From positions 1 through 64,000 of the forward strand of contig JAVECO010000076.1 of the NCBI GenBank assembly GCA_051942205.1: a DNA stretch of 64,000 nt, given 5' to 3'. This document shows, in pieces, positions 47,304 through 59,309 of this stretch; within the stretch, counting starts at the first letter, position 1, and every line of letters begins with the position of its first letter. The notes below the pieces were generated by a model, which ran no database searches, was not told the DNA's origin, and was given only the letters and a program-made list of their open reading frames with translations. This stretch comes from Coniocarpon cinnabarinum. Lineage: Eukaryota. A program made the translations under genes and the position numbers.

Positions 47304-48975
47304 ATGCACATGCAGTGTTTGCTCCCGCGCTTGCGTTACACATGCAGGACATTTCATGAAATTGCTGACATATATCAACAATTAATCTCAGCTAAACCGC
47401 ATGCCAGCTTCTCTGCTTATTCACCTGCAAAGTTGCTGGAAATGAGTCGCCAAGCCCCGCATCGCTATGCCGACATAATGCATGAGAATGAAGACTTTCG
47501 TCACAATTTCCAATGGATGAAAGACTTCCTTACCCATGACTCAAACTTGCAGGTTCCCGCCTCTGTCTCTTCGAAGGATGAACAGGGCGGCACACAGTAC
47601 ACTCGATTAGCAATTGTAGATTTGCTCGAGGATGGATGTCAAGTGCGAGAATTTCGTATTACAAGTCGTGGGCCTATCGGTTCTGAAGAAAGAGATGCAA
47701 TATTGCATACTGGAGTAAATACGGGCTTGAGATTTATCTTGTGGCAAAGTTCGTCCTTGATGGCGTTGAACCCGTTGTTTTTGGACCACCTCGGCCTCTC
47801 CTTGGGACTCGATCCTTATTTCGTTTCGGCACATGTAAGTCGATGCAGGATTGCAGCAGGGAATGGCATGCATGGTTGCATCTTCCCAGAGTCGCCGATC
47901 TGGGTGGGACAGCACCTGCATTTTGTCAGTAGCCTGGAGGCCGCTTTGTCTGTTACGAGCGTGACAGTCGACGGAATGTTCCAAGGTGAGTATTCTTGAT
48001 CATGCTCATACACATAACTTCAGCTCATGAACGATTCAGTCGTCGCTCTGTCACAAGAGAAATCTGAACCCAAGGTTCTGCAACTCGTTTGGGAACAACT
48101 AAAGAATCTTCGTGCTCAGGACACGCTTCTTGAGCAGCTGTCAAGACATCCGATGGATCTCGTCGCTCTCTGCCTTGAGCACAGGCTTTCTACAAGCAGT
48201 ACCTCTATGGCTAACATGCCTCTGTCAAGCAGCATGGGACGTCTCGATCTAGGTGAAATTTCTCACGAAGAAGAGCAATATCGGTTTCAATGTACCGCGT
48301 CGCAACTCGAAAGACATATCGTATCAATGCGCCTCTCCCAACGGGCTCTGATCTGCTATCAAGGTCTGACCAAGTCTGAGACCCTCAGACTCTCCCCCGC
48401 ATCATATACCGACTTGGTTTACAAGTTCGACATCTTGCTCAAAGACGCCGAACTATACGCCAAGAATCTCAATTCGCGGTTGCAAATGGCTGCCTCAAAA
48501 GCTAGCATTCAACAGGCCAAAAGATCGCTGCGGGAGTCCGCATCGATGCGGAGGCAGGGCTTCCCTCTGACAGTGGTGTATACCGACCTTTATGCTAACG
48601 TACCACAAACTCACCTTCGTCTCCTGCATCTTCCTCCCACTCAACTTCGCCACATCCTTCTTTGGCATGAACATCAAGCAATTGAACGGCGGTCATCTCG
48701 GCTTCAACTCTTTCGTGGCGGTCGTACTCGTTGCCACGTTCGTTCTCGGTGTCACCATTGCATTGATTCCTGCTTATGAAGCGACCATGGCTCGTGGACG
48801 CCGCGAAGCTGGTCTGCGACATGGATTCTTATTCGATGAAGAACTTCAAAGTTTACCGTTGCTTGAGGTCGTAGGCACGCTTGTGCAACACTCATGGCGA
48901 GGATTTTGCGCTCGCGTATCGAACAAGATGAACGGACTGCTTGGACGATCACAGGTGAAGGATCATCCTGCGTAG
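47304..48975 (+). CDS. CorA-like protein (C-terminal two-TM GMN module); possibly disrupted at intron 2
   Basis: LDPYF..H in the N-terminal part; SIQQAKRSLRESASMRR|LTFVSCIFLPLNFATSFFGMN. Intron 1 is 47986-48039 (GT-AG). Intron 2 (48554-48608) has GC..AA ends. Start uncertain. Confidence 0.72.
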
Positions 48976-49642
48976 TGATTGGCATCTGAAAAGGCACTCG
49001 AATCTAAACTGCTATCCGGCTGGGTAAGCAATTTCTGGCTTTGAACTTTTCCAACATCGTCTTTCGCCGTCTCTTTTCCCGTCCAATTCAGACACTGTTG
49101 GTACTTATCGGCCAAAAAGCGCACAGTGTCACATTTCGGGATCCAGCAAGGCGAAAGGCACAGAAGCAATCCTCATTGACAGGTCAATGGCATTGTTGGT
49201 ATATTTGCCTCCTACGCACCTCCCACCTCCACTAGCACGTATCTTCTGCCACCACCTTTGCTTACAGCTATTCCCTTCTATACTAGAGTAACAATCTGTA
49301 GTGTTCGCATGTCAAAAGGTGATAACGCTGCCTAATGCAACTACGCATACAAAAGAAATCTGTTTGTCCACCGAACCATTGTTCTTCCTCTGTTCATTCA
49401 CTATCTGCAACTTGCAACCTTGAATAGAATTCTGACTTGCATCTTCCTTCGCCCTCTTAACCACTTGACCATTCTTCAAATTCGCTCTTGTCTGCTTGAC
49501 CTTCTCGACAGCCTTGACGACGCTTAGTCTATTTGACAACTTGATTGCAAATTGATCACCCGTGACACCTTCGTCACCGTCTCGATATAATAAGGCAAAC
49601 AACCTCTCCGACCAATCTCTCAGACTCTATTACCATCTAAAA

Positions 49643-51973
49643 ATGTCTCGCCGCTCTGCTCCTCCAAATCATAGCGCAACCGAAAACTTCAACAGCAATG
49701 TCCGTCATCCAATACTCCATGCACTGGACAGCACCCGCCGCATCATTCAAGATCTCGAAGCTCAAGTTCGTGCCGCGAACCTTCGTACGACCGCTCTCGA
49801 ACATGACGTTGGCATGTTTCGCTTTTACCTGCAGGAAAGGGGTGTAGATGCGCATGACTTGCGAGCTCGGTATGATGCTTCGACGCTCCGTGATATGAGA
49901 GCCTCAGATCAGCAGACCACCAACACAGGAGGATCGATCAGCATCGTCCCTCAGCATCAGGGCAATGCTGTTCCCCAGAGTCAAACTCGCACCGATCAGC
50001 CGGGGAACAGCGCTGCGACACCTGCGGCAAACAATGCCTCGCCCTCAATTCCATCAGGGAGGAATGCTGCAAGCAACAGCGAAGGTGCCAACCCACCGGC
50101 CAACACCACCGCACCATCAGCTCACGCACATGGCACTCTTGAGGAGCAAGATGCCCATCGACCACCCCCATCCTCAGCAAATCGCTCAGCACAAGGCGCC
50201 GCCCCCTCTCAATCTGGACACAGGCCGCCGACCGAGGAGTCTCATCATCGCTCGAAGATCTATCGTCCGAAACGCTCCACCACGGGCCCCTCTCAACGTT
50301 CTGCCTCTCCCAGCGACCGCTTCATTCAACAAGGCCGCTATCGCGAAGGTTCACCCCCCCGCTACCCACGAGCCAGATCTATAGGAACGAGACTTGATCT
50401 CGAATCTTTACAGCGAACGCGCGGTGCAGCACAGCATCTCTTTGCATTGCAACCGCCGTTCTCGCAGGACGGCGTTTCGAGCGTCCCTCCGCGAAGTCGT
50501 AAGGATCGTGCGCTGGATACGCTGCGCTATAACCCAACGGCCGATCCACATAGGAACTTGGACGCGACGGCACAGCCTTTGCAGGGAACTGCTGAACAAG
50601 AGGATGAGGAGCAAGGCAGCGGCGATTCGGCGCCTTTGGGTGAATTTCGGGCTTCGTCGACGAGGAGATCTCGTGTCAATATTTTCAGCGAGACTGAAGG
50701 TGTCCAAGATGCAACGGAGGGAGATGGTGCGAACGCACAGTCGCTTGACGACCGTGAAACTGTTGCGCAGTCAATCCCGAGCTTAGGGAACCCGGTCACA
50801 GCAAATGGGTCAAATGATCATTCACTTCGGCCTGCGCTGCCGTATGAGTCGGTAGCTGGTAACTCGCAGTTGTCGCAGGCAGCTCAGCATCTGCAGGCGT
50901 CGAATGAGCTTGATCACGTCGTCGACACCACTGGAGATCCATCACTCTTGGACGATGCTGCTGCAGGTGAAACTACTTCCAGTAGAGCGCTAAGCTCATC
51001 AGGTGCTGAAGAGAACATTGACGCCCCAGCAGTCACCTCCGCGACCGCAGATACCATGAGAGATGATGCAGGAGAGGTGCAAAAGGCTATGGAGTCCAAC
51101 TCACAGCCAGCCAAGTCGGTGAGGTGGCTCGACCAGCAGCAGCCCGCCCAGCAGCCTGGAGCTGCCAATGATTCAGCGTTCGAAGACGAACAAGGGGCGA
51201 CCATAGGACCTATAAATCCATCTCAAGCTCCCAACAGTACTGCGACAGCTGCCGCCTCCCGATCAGTCCTGGCAGGGAGGTTTGATTCAAATTCTGATTC
51301 AGACAGCGACGATTCTGCAGAGGCGTCACCGGTTCAAACAACTAAAGCGCACTCGCAGGTAACTGGTCTGACTGCACTGGGACGCACGATACTCAATCTA
51401 CACCAGCATGGTCGTACTGAAAACCAGCGCGTTACTCCTGGTCAAACGAGGATCGCTGAGGCATACGGACAAAGCCTTGTGCAAGTGCGCAAAGAGGCGA
51501 GAGCGGCTAGATCTGTTTCCGCCGCACCAGCAGGGACAACGCCCTCGGCTTCGTTGCCAAAACCCGTTGTGCTCCCTCCTGCAACGCAGGTGGTGGCTCC
51601 TTCTGCTGCACTGCAGTCAGCACTACAGGCACCGCCTGCTAGCACTGATCCTTCTACGCTCGCTGTTGATTCTGTCCAAGATCGCTCCTCCACTGCAGGA
51701 GAGTACATGCCGCCTGAGCGCGCTCAACGACCCATCACAGAGGTCAGCTACAGCGACGACGATGATCCAGAGCCCGCTGCACCACAGCCAGCACCACAGG
51801 CACCGTCCGTGAGTGGCGCTACTTCTGCGCACTCTACTGGTCCTACTCAGGATCGCTCCTCCACTGCAGGAGACAACATGCCCCCGGAGCGCGCTAAACG
51901 ATCCATCTCAGAGGTCAGCTATAGCAATGGCGACCACCCGGAGCCCGTGCCAAAGCGAAGGCGCATGAGGTAA
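49643..51973 (+). CDS. Large low-complexity/disordered protein with N-terminal coiled coil and C-terminal NLS
   Basis: Single open frame of ~776 aa from ATG 49643; S/A/P/Q-rich; internal duplication; ends PKRRRMR. Confidence 0.78.
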   Translation: MSRRSAPPNHSATENFNSNVRHPILHALDSTRRIIQDLEAQVRAANLRTTALEHDVGMFRFYLQERGVDAHDLRARYDASTLRDMRASDQQTTNTGGSISIVPQHQGNAVPQSQTRTDQPGNSAATPAANNASPSIPSGRNAASNSEGANPPANTTAPSAHAHGTLEEQDAHRPPPSSANRSAQGAAPSQSGHRPPTEESHHRSKIYRPKRSTTGPSQRSASPSDRFIQQGRYREGSPPRYPRARSIGTRLDLESLQRTRGAAQHLFALQPPFSQDGVSSVPPRSRKDRALDTLRYNPTADPHRNLDATAQPLQGTAEQEDEEQGSGDSAPLGEFRASSTRRSRVNIFSETEGVQDATEGDGANAQSLDDRETVAQSIPSLGNPVTANGSNDHSLRPALPYESVAGNSQLSQAAQHLQASNELDHVVDTTGDPSLLDDAAAGETTSSRALSSSGAEENIDAPAVTSATADTMRDDAGEVQKAMESNSQPAKSVRWLDQQQPAQQPGAANDSAFEDEQGATIGPINPSQAPNSTATAAASRSVLAGRFDSNSDSDSDDSAEASPVQTTKAHSQVTGLTALGRTILNLHQHGRTENQRVTPGQTRIAEAYGQSLVQVRKEARAARSVSAAPAGTTPSASLPKPVVLPPATQVVAPSAALQSALQAPPASTDPSTLAVDSVQDRSSTAGEYMPPERAQRPITEVSYSDDDDPEPAAPQPAPQAPSVSGATSAHSTGPTQDRSSTAGDNMPPERAKRSISEVSYSNGDHPEPVPKRRRMR
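51678..51947 (+). repeat. Intragenic ~95-bp direct repeat (2 copies, 171 bp apart)
   Basis: 'gatcgctcctccactgcaggaga..acatgcc.cc.gagcgcgct.aacga.ccatc.cagaggtcagcta.agc' at ~51680 and ~51851, encoding DRSSTAG..MPPERA.R.I.EVSYS twice. Confidence 0.9.
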
Positions 51974-52010
51974 TCGCCACACGCATCCAGCCCCTCTTTT
52001 AAAGAGGGCA

Positions 52011-52700
52011 TCAATCCGTCGGCGTGACGCCACACTGGAGTCGCGCAAGGGTCTTGCGTGTGCGACCGATTTCATTCCCAAGCTCGTTGAGCGAGTGGAT
52101 GGCGTTGATGAGTTCAGCGATTGAGGGAAGTGTTGCTTGAAATGCAGACTGGCTCCTGCGAAGGGTTGGGTTGATAAATGCGCCGTATTGGAGGATGGGA
52201 TCTCTGGGTTTCTCCAGCGCTTGCATTTTGGCATCTCTGTCTGAGGATCCAACATCACTGGATGATGCTTGAGGATCGAGCTTCTGGGCATCATCGTCAG
52301 AAGCAAAGGGAGAAGCAATGTCGACTTGCTTTTCTTTGATCTCAGTACGTTTACTATAAGGTCAGCGCTGGCTGTACGGATCATGATTTCAGGCAGCATA
52401 AAGCTAGGTGGATATATGCAATAGACAAGACTATACGAGTACGGAATGAGACACATACACTATCACTTGTGCCTTCATTCTTTCATCATAGAAGTCTTCG
52501 CCATAGCGCCGTTGAGCTGTGAAATTTGCAGATGCCAGGTCCAGGAAACCGTCGGAGAGTTTGGTATGCAATGTCGAACGTGATGAAGTATAGGTGTCTA
52601 AAGTGCGCAGATATGTCGCAAGAAGATCATCAAGGCGATCTTCGGGATCTTTGTATGTGGTTTGCGGCTTGCCCTCTTCCGAAAATGATACTTCTGCCAT
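52011..52700 (-). CDS. VMA22: V-ATPase assembly factor Vma22/CCDC115
   Basis: LDDLLATYLRTLDTY..LSDGFLDLASANF..RYGEDFYDERMKA and RDPILQYGAFINPTLRRSQSAF; one intron. Confidence 0.85.
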
Positions 52701-53108
52701 TTTGCTATAGTAGAAGCATCTGAAAATCCAGAAGTGATCACTCTAAGAAGTGAGGATCGTAGTCTAAAAGGCGCTCCTAATCACGTGATTTCAAAGATGA
52801 ACATTGGCGTAAGGATACAGCCTCATCACTCTACGATCTGAAATTCGATCATATGGTCGGCACCTTATCTTGTACACTTGTCATCTGCTACGTGGAGTGC
52901 CGTACATTCGTTCGTTGTTGCTTGATATTGGACCATTCACACGTGCACTTGTGAGCAAGGGCAGGGAAACGAGGTGGCTACCTCTCTTATAAGACTAATA
53001 TGTTTAGGTATAAAAGACAAGCCTCTCTACGAACCAATGAATCGAAGTTCTAGCTTGCTTGAACCTTCTTAAACCAAAGAAAGGGACCTTGATGTCGCAG
53101 ACCATTGC

Positions 53109-54892
53109 TCATCTCGTTGCACGTGCTGCAGCGGAAGCTGCCTGTTCTGTATTTGCAGATCCATCGGAGGCCGTTGTACTTTGTTTCTCATCGTGCTCCT
53201 CTTTGCTTGCGCTCGAAGTTCCTTCACTCTGGTTGCACAGTGCATCAATTGGACTAGCTAGGACACTGTTGACCACAATAGCGAAGCCCATCGTCTAAAA
53301 AGGATTAGCAAGGCCATCCATGAGGTGGTCGCGGTGATTTCGACTTACCAGTGCAGCACAGGAAAGCGGTAATGCAGTTGCGACCCTCATTGAACTTTTG
53401 TCTGCGATAACGCCAAAGATAGGCGCAAACACAGCCATGGCCGAATTGCATATAACAAGCAAGGAAGCGCCTTTTTTCGTGTGCTTGCCCAGCCCCCGCA
53501 ATGCCAATGAGTCGATGATAGGGCTTATACAGGCTTTGGTAAAGTTTTCTGCCATGATGATGTACAGGCCAGCCGGGCCTCGCACACCTGTTGCCGCTGC
53601 TAGTAGGGCGACGGTCAAGATTAAACTGACCAGTAGCAGATGGCGAGGCTTGACCTTCTTCATGATCAGCACTGATGCAAACCTTGCCACTGCGATGAAG
53701 GAGCCTGCTATGGCCTTGTATTGCGCGGCTTTGCGGTTTGAAAAGCACGGCTCTTTCTCCAGCGCATACTGCATCTTTACTACACAGTCAGTCTTGCGCT
53801 AGGGCTTACAATTCTTGCGTCTTGACGTACAAAGAAGATAGCGATGCTGCCAGCGCTACCGATCCACAAGTATGATGTGGCCGCAGCTGTGAAGAGAAAG
53901 TATTGTTTGCGAAACGGCTTGCCTATCCAAGGCACTTTGTTTTCCGCCGTTGATACATCTTTCTCCTGTTCATCTTCCATCTCAGGCACCGGGACGAAGA
54001 GATAAGTCACAAGGAGAGCGAAGAGCCCGCATGATATCCCTACGTAAGTCCATTGAGTGCGTTCAATAGCTTCCTTGCCGACCACGGCACCTTTTAAAGA
54101 TCAGATTGCAACAGTCGCAGAAAGAATGTTCGTACTCACTGCCTTTCTTACCCGGCCCTTGTGACCCGTAGAAGATATAACCAGCAGCTACAGTCGCGGT
54201 GACGTGTGCAACAGAGTAGAGCCCGCCTGTAAGGGTGATACGCATCTCTTGTTGATTGCTAGGGCCGCATCCCGCAATGTAGGGCAGAACAGAGTTCTCG
54301 AGTATGGCTGAAGACGAACCGACGACGAAATTGGCAATACATAAGCCCGCGAATGTGTGGAAGTGCCAGAATGGCCAGAAGAGGACAGCGCCAACTGCTT
54401 TTACAAGGAGTCCTGCTCAGCCATAGCGTAAGTAAAGACCAAACTTCGTAGACGTTGCGCAGATTCCTGCTCACCTATAATGAAACTCCATCTGTAGCCA
54501 AGTCTCTCAACGATCCACCTGGCATATGTCAAAGGCGCAATAAAAAAAGCTCTTGACACGAATCAGCGATTTATCCCCCTGCGCAATCTTGAAAACACTA
54601 ACACTGTGCCGGCTGCTTCAAATCCTGACACGCGCGCCTTTGAGACGTGAAAGCTGTCTTGAATGAGTTTGTTGGTCGTATGCAGGAGTCCACCGGTGAA
54701 TCCAGTGAATATTGCAACCGCGAGCACAAGCAACAATGGCACCAAGCTGGCTCTCAACGTCAGTGCGCCCTATGCATTCCGGTCAGCAATTGAGACTTAA
54801 ATCGCAGTACAAAAGACGCGACTTGCCCTTGGTAATGGCTGAGGTTTGCTAATCCCAGGAAGCCTGGCTGTCAATGCGGAGAAGGCTCGCAT
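53109..54892 (-). CDS. Divergent MFS transporter of the FucP/GluP (fucose:H+ symporter) family
   Basis: LTLRASLVPL..GFTGGLLHTTNKLIQDSFHVSKARVSGFEAA, ERLGYRW, TQWTYVGI, SLALRGLGKHTKKGAS, FGVIAD. Multiple introns; the first is GC-AG (54826-54770). Confidence 0.82.
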
Positions 54893-55377
54893 GACTGAAC
54901 CAGGGCCAAAGTCTAAAGACGCGCGCAAGAGCATGAGACAGAAAGCACAGGAGACCTGAAAACAAGATTTGTCCCCGACTGTCTTTAGTCCACTGGCGAA
55001 GTAGGCAGACGGTGCTAATCTGGTCGCAGGCATAGCGTACCAATGTCATAGCTGTCGTGACGCAACAAATGAGTGATATCATCACTCTTCAGGATCCTTA
55101 GACTGATGTGCTCCCACTCACTGTAGTGGCCGGGGCTTAAGACGTTCGATGATAAGAGAACGTCCAGAGAAGGGAGGGCTTGATCAACGGTGCCAATTTC
55201 TCTGTAGTCTCTGTAGTTGGTGTGTCTGTATACACACCACAGCTTCAACCGTGTTAAATGCACGATGTGTTGCTGTACTCTTAGAGTGCTTGCAAGTGTG
55301 ACTGCAGCCATAGTCGACCATAAACCAGTTCGCGTAGTGGGCCATTCTGGGGCTGGAGCAATACCTTGAGAACCACT

Positions 55378-55967
55378 CTATCCAGATTTCAAGGTCACGC
55401 CAATTTCAATCACACTGATTTGGCGAAGACGGGATTCCGGCAATTCATCAGCATCATCTACGTTTTCTTGCTCCTCGTTTGGCGTAATATCGTCAATGGA
55501 AGTTGCACTTCCTGTGCGAATCTTAATGGCAAGGTCATTTTTTGACTGCAAAAAAAGCGCGAGCTGCATCGCCTTGTCTATAGCCTTGCCAGTGGCTTTC
55601 ACAACCACTTCTTCTACGCCGATGTCCGTCGGGGAAGGTGGCGGCAGATACTGACCCCGCCTGCCCTTCAGCTTCTTTTGGCGGCTCAACTCAGTTTGAT
55701 TGTGACGCTGCTCAATTGGCCGTAAGAGCTTTTCGATTCGTTTCACCGCTGAAGTGAAAGGGGTCGACATGCTAATGTATACCACTTTCTGTTTGCTCTT
55801 GCCTGCATAAGGAGAGGGGATCTCATCATGGAACAGGGGCCGCTTGCTTATTTTGGTACCTGTGTAAGTTCAGTAGAAGATTCTGATTGCCGGGAGGTTT
55901 GTCACGAACCTTCTGGGAGTCTGGGTAGTTTCTGATGTGGTTTCTGCGTAACTTTCTCGCCGACCAT
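55378..55967 (-). CDS. POP7: RNase P/MRP subunit Pop7/Rpp20 (Alba-like)
   Basis: KLPRLPEG|TKISKRPL..VVYISMSTPFTSAVKRIEKLL..EEVVVKATGKAIDKA..IRTGS..RLRQISVIEIGV; one intron ~55860-55909. Confidence 0.9.
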
Positions 55968-56259
55968 TACCGGTGTCGTATTTCATGCAATTAACAAACA
56001 CGCTTCGCAAATTGCCTATCTGATGGTAAAGCGTGTGCATGTCAAGACGAACATCGCTTCAATTTAACGTCGACTCGGATGCAGTCGCGGAATTCAACTT
56101 CATAAGCACTTCCCACTAAACTGGACTGCGCATAAGTCATTGCACGCGTCTTTCATGATCCTCGGATTTTAGACTTCTTGTCGCCGAAACACATGCCTGC
56201 CACGTGCTACAGCAAGTTGCGACTTGAGAATTCGAAACAGCTCTTTGCACACCAGAGTA

Positions 56260-56815
56260 ATGGCGGACTCTGACCTTGAAGCTGTGAGCCAACCTTGATT
56301 CCTAGTATCTTTTCTGACGCAAGCTCATTTTCGCAGATTCGGCAGGCACGACGTCAGCAGTTGCAAAACGAGGGTGGACAAGGCAGCAACGCCGGTGGAG
56401 GTAACGCTGGAGGCGGGGGCGGCGGTGAGCAGGAGGAGCAGAGGCGGTTTGTCTTCTTTGTTTGAGACTCGCGAGCTGCTGCTGACATGTTCCGGCAATC
56501 AGACAGCAAGAAGCAGAAGCTCGCGCATCCATCCTGTCACAAATTCTAGAGCCAGATGCTTCGGACCGGCTGAATCGAATACGTATGGTCAAGGAATCTC
56601 GTGCTACCGATGTGGAAAATCGCTTGATCATGCTGGCACGAAGCGGACAACTCAGGCAACGGGTAAACGAGAGCCAGCTCAAAGATATCCTCTCCGCGCT
56701 ATCAGAGCAACAAGAGAAAACTGGTGGAGATGGAGGAGGAGCGAAGATAGTGGTAAACAGAAAGACGGGCTGGGATGATGACGACGACCTGGATGATCTG
56801 CTCAAGGAGGATTGA
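56260..56815 (+). CDS. PDCD5: PDCD5-like dsDNA-binding protein (Sdd2)
   Basis: MADSDLEA|IRQARRQQLQ..ILSQILEPDASDRLNRIRMVKESRATDVENRLIMLARSGQLRQRV; two introns. Confidence 0.93.
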
Positions 56816-56916
56816 GGTTGTTCATGTGGTCCTATGAGACGAGTCACGATTCAATATTATGCAACGAATGCCAATGGCTGACACCCATTGGCCAACAACT
56901 ATTGTGGACGCCCGAC

Positions 56917-57774
56917 TCAACCAGAAATGGTTTCTCGATTCTTTTCGGCTGCAACCGCTCGCTGTCGCTGCTCTTTTAACAGCCTACGAGTCTCGCGCAG
57001 GTCTGGCGGCTTTTCTACTCCCAATTGGGCTCTGATTTCGTCTGCATCTCGCTCAAGAACCTCTTCCCAATACACATTGATCACCTCTTCGCTTTTCAAT
57101 CCGTTTCTCAGAGCCCACGGTAGGTACGTGCTCCAGAACCTCTTCCTTTCTTTTGGCTTTAATCGCACATAAGCAGCAAGCGAGAGACCTGTCATAGGCA
57201 AAACCGTGTTTGCAAACTCGAAAGCCTTCACCGCTACTTCGCCTTCAACAATGACAGGTAATCCAGTGATAGCATGGATGAAGTCGTGTGACTCTCGATA
57301 CCGCTGCATCACATACGCGCATTCTTCATCGTCAATGTACGCTACTGAGTCTCTTGTATCAGGTCCCACCCCCTCGCGATCTAGCCAGGAGGCATAAGCG
57401 CGTCCAACGCTGTTCTCTGGCAATCGTCTAAGTTTCTCGACATCGAGCGTCTTGGACGTGATTCGTGGTCTGTCACGGAGGATGCGGCGTCCCGTAGGAT
57501 CCCGAAGCATGGCTGCTCGGAGGCGATATATGGAGTACGGTGTTGACGTTGTTTCCCCGAGGGCTGCTACAAGGTCATGGCGGTATGGGTTTAAGAGCGA
57601 GCCGATAGCTGAACCGACAGCAAGCGCGCCGCGCTCAAGACGGGTAAGAGGGACATGGCCAGGATAGTTGGGCGAGGGACGATTGAGGACGGAGAACGTC
57701 CGTGACGTTTGAGAGACAGGGAAGCATCCTATACTCTGTCTCCTACATGCTGAGCAGAGTCTGGTGAATTGCAT
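56917..57774 (-). CDS. COQ4: Ubiquinone biosynthesis protein Coq4
   Basis: [58 protein letters not shown]; mitochondrial presequence from ATG 57774. Confidence 0.97.
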   Translation of the reverse strand: MQFTRLCSACRRQSIGCFPVSQTSRTFSVLNRPSPNYPGHVPLTRLERGALAVGSAIGSLLNPYRHDLVAALGETTSTPYSIYRLRAAMLRDPTGRRILRDRPRITSKTLDVEKLRRLPENSVGRAYASWLDREGVGPDTRDSVAYIDDEECAYVMQRYRESHDFIHAITGLPVIVEGEVAVKAFEFANTVLPMTGLSLAAYVRLKPKERKRFWSTYLPWALRNGLKSEEVINVYWEEVLERDADEIRAQLGVEKPPDLRETRRLLKEQRQRAVAAEKNRETISG

Positions 57775-57984
57775 GTTAGCAGTCGTAAAGATCGTCACGC
57801 CATCTTCCATCCGCCGATGGAATGTAAATTTGCCAAGGCGCTAGGAACTTCACAACAGGGTCACGGTCCCTGCGTGACTTCCGCAGGCCGCAGCAGAGAC
57901 GAACACAATTATGACCAACAACAGAGATTGGATCAGCGTAGACTTGCCGCGGAATCTCGCCATACCAGAGCAAGCATCGACACC

Positions 57985-58806
57985 ATGTTAGTTGCTGAGT
58001 CACATGTCGATATTTCGACCAGATCAAGTCGGCCCGCGGGTCAATTAATGAGATTGTTCGTGTTTCACCCTACAATCCCTTCGCACCCTCAAGCTCGCTT
58101 TCCTGGCGTGGTCATCTTCTCAGAGATATATCAAGTCACTGGCCCAGTGCAGAGGTTCGCTCGCCAAATTGCAAGTCACGGGTATATTGCTGTCGCTCCA
58201 AGTTCGTATCACGAATTTACCGGCCCCGAGCCTCTGGCATACGATGGACCAGGCACCGATGCTGGCAATGGGTGGAAGATTACCAAAACCGTCACTGCTT
58301 ACGACGAGGATGCCACGCTCGCTATCGATCATCTGGTGAGCCTGAAGACTTGTTCTGGCCGCATTGGATCGACAGGCATGTGTCTCGGAGGGCATCTAGC
58401 ATATCGCTGCGCCATGGATCCTCGTGTCCGAGCCGCAGTCTGCTACTTTGCCACTGACATCCACTCGCATTCGCTGGGTGCCGGCAAAGCCGACGACAGT
58501 CTCACACGAGCTGGTGATATCAAGGGTGAGCTGGTTATGATATTTGGTAAAAAAGACAACCATGTTCCGCCTGAGGGCCGTGACTTGATCCGTAAAACAC
58601 TCCACGAGCGAGGAGTCTGCTTCAGTTTCTATGAGGTCAGCCATGCACAGCACGCTTTCATCCGCGACGAGCTCAGCAAGGGGCGGTACGACGCCGCGCT
58701 TGCAGGAATCTGTTTCCAAATGCTTCTGGAGCTTTTCGACAGAACCATCAAGCTCGATCTGGGTCCACCGAGTGGCACAGCGCAGAGGATCGAAGACGTG
58801 TGTTGA
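57985..58806 (+). CDS. Dienelactone hydrolase family protein
   Basis: FSEIYQVTGPV, GSTGMCLGGHLA (Cys nucleophile), FATDIH, DNHVP, AQHAFIRDE; ATG at 57985. Confidence 0.95.
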   Translation: MLVAESHVDISTRSSRPAGQLMRLFVFHPTIPSHPQARFPGVVIFSEIYQVTGPVQRFARQIASHGYIAVAPSSYHEFTGPEPLAYDGPGTDAGNGWKITKTVTAYDEDATLAIDHLVSLKTCSGRIGSTGMCLGGHLAYRCAMDPRVRAAVCYFATDIHSHSLGAGKADDSLTRAGDIKGELVMIFGKKDNHVPPEGRDLIRKTLHERGVCFSFYEVSHAQHAFIRDELSKGRYDAALAGICFQMLLELFDRTIKLDLGPPSGTAQRIEDVC

Positions 58807-59309
58807 AGGTGAGCACTGTGGTTTCAGATTGTGATCTCGGTGACGTTGCCGTCACAAGTACTGAATCATTAGCTGCAGCGTCACGTCACATGCACGTCAC
58901 ATACCCGATATGCACCGCGCTTGTCTAGGTCCGAGCAAATGCAACTAGAAAAGTGCCGCGTTCAACCTGGAAATCGATCCTTTGAACCCATGAGAGAACA
59001 CATCGAAGGGTCTTGAGATCTTCAGCATGGGAAATGAGAGTTCATGTCTTTCCCTACCAATCCTGGGACAGATTCAGAGGGCACGCCAACAAGAGGATTC
59101 GGCGCCAGCAGCTTGGAATGCGGAGATGAAAAGCAAATGGGGCACAAAAAGTGACAGCCAGGAGCTTCAGGGGTTCGCGGGTGCCGCTTAACCGAGGATG
59201 GTATAGCTGCCTTTTTCTTGTTGGTTGAGCAGGAACCCGACAACTTCTTTTTATCTCCCTCCAACCGTCCGACAACTTTTCTTCCGCCGTCAAGATGTGA
59301 CAAAATACA

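Noticed and set aside
57769..57984. N-terminal extensions making COQ4 and the dienelactone hydrolase overlap
   Set aside because: Family homology starts at ATG 57774 (-) and ATG 57985 (+); the gap is a short bidirectional promoter.
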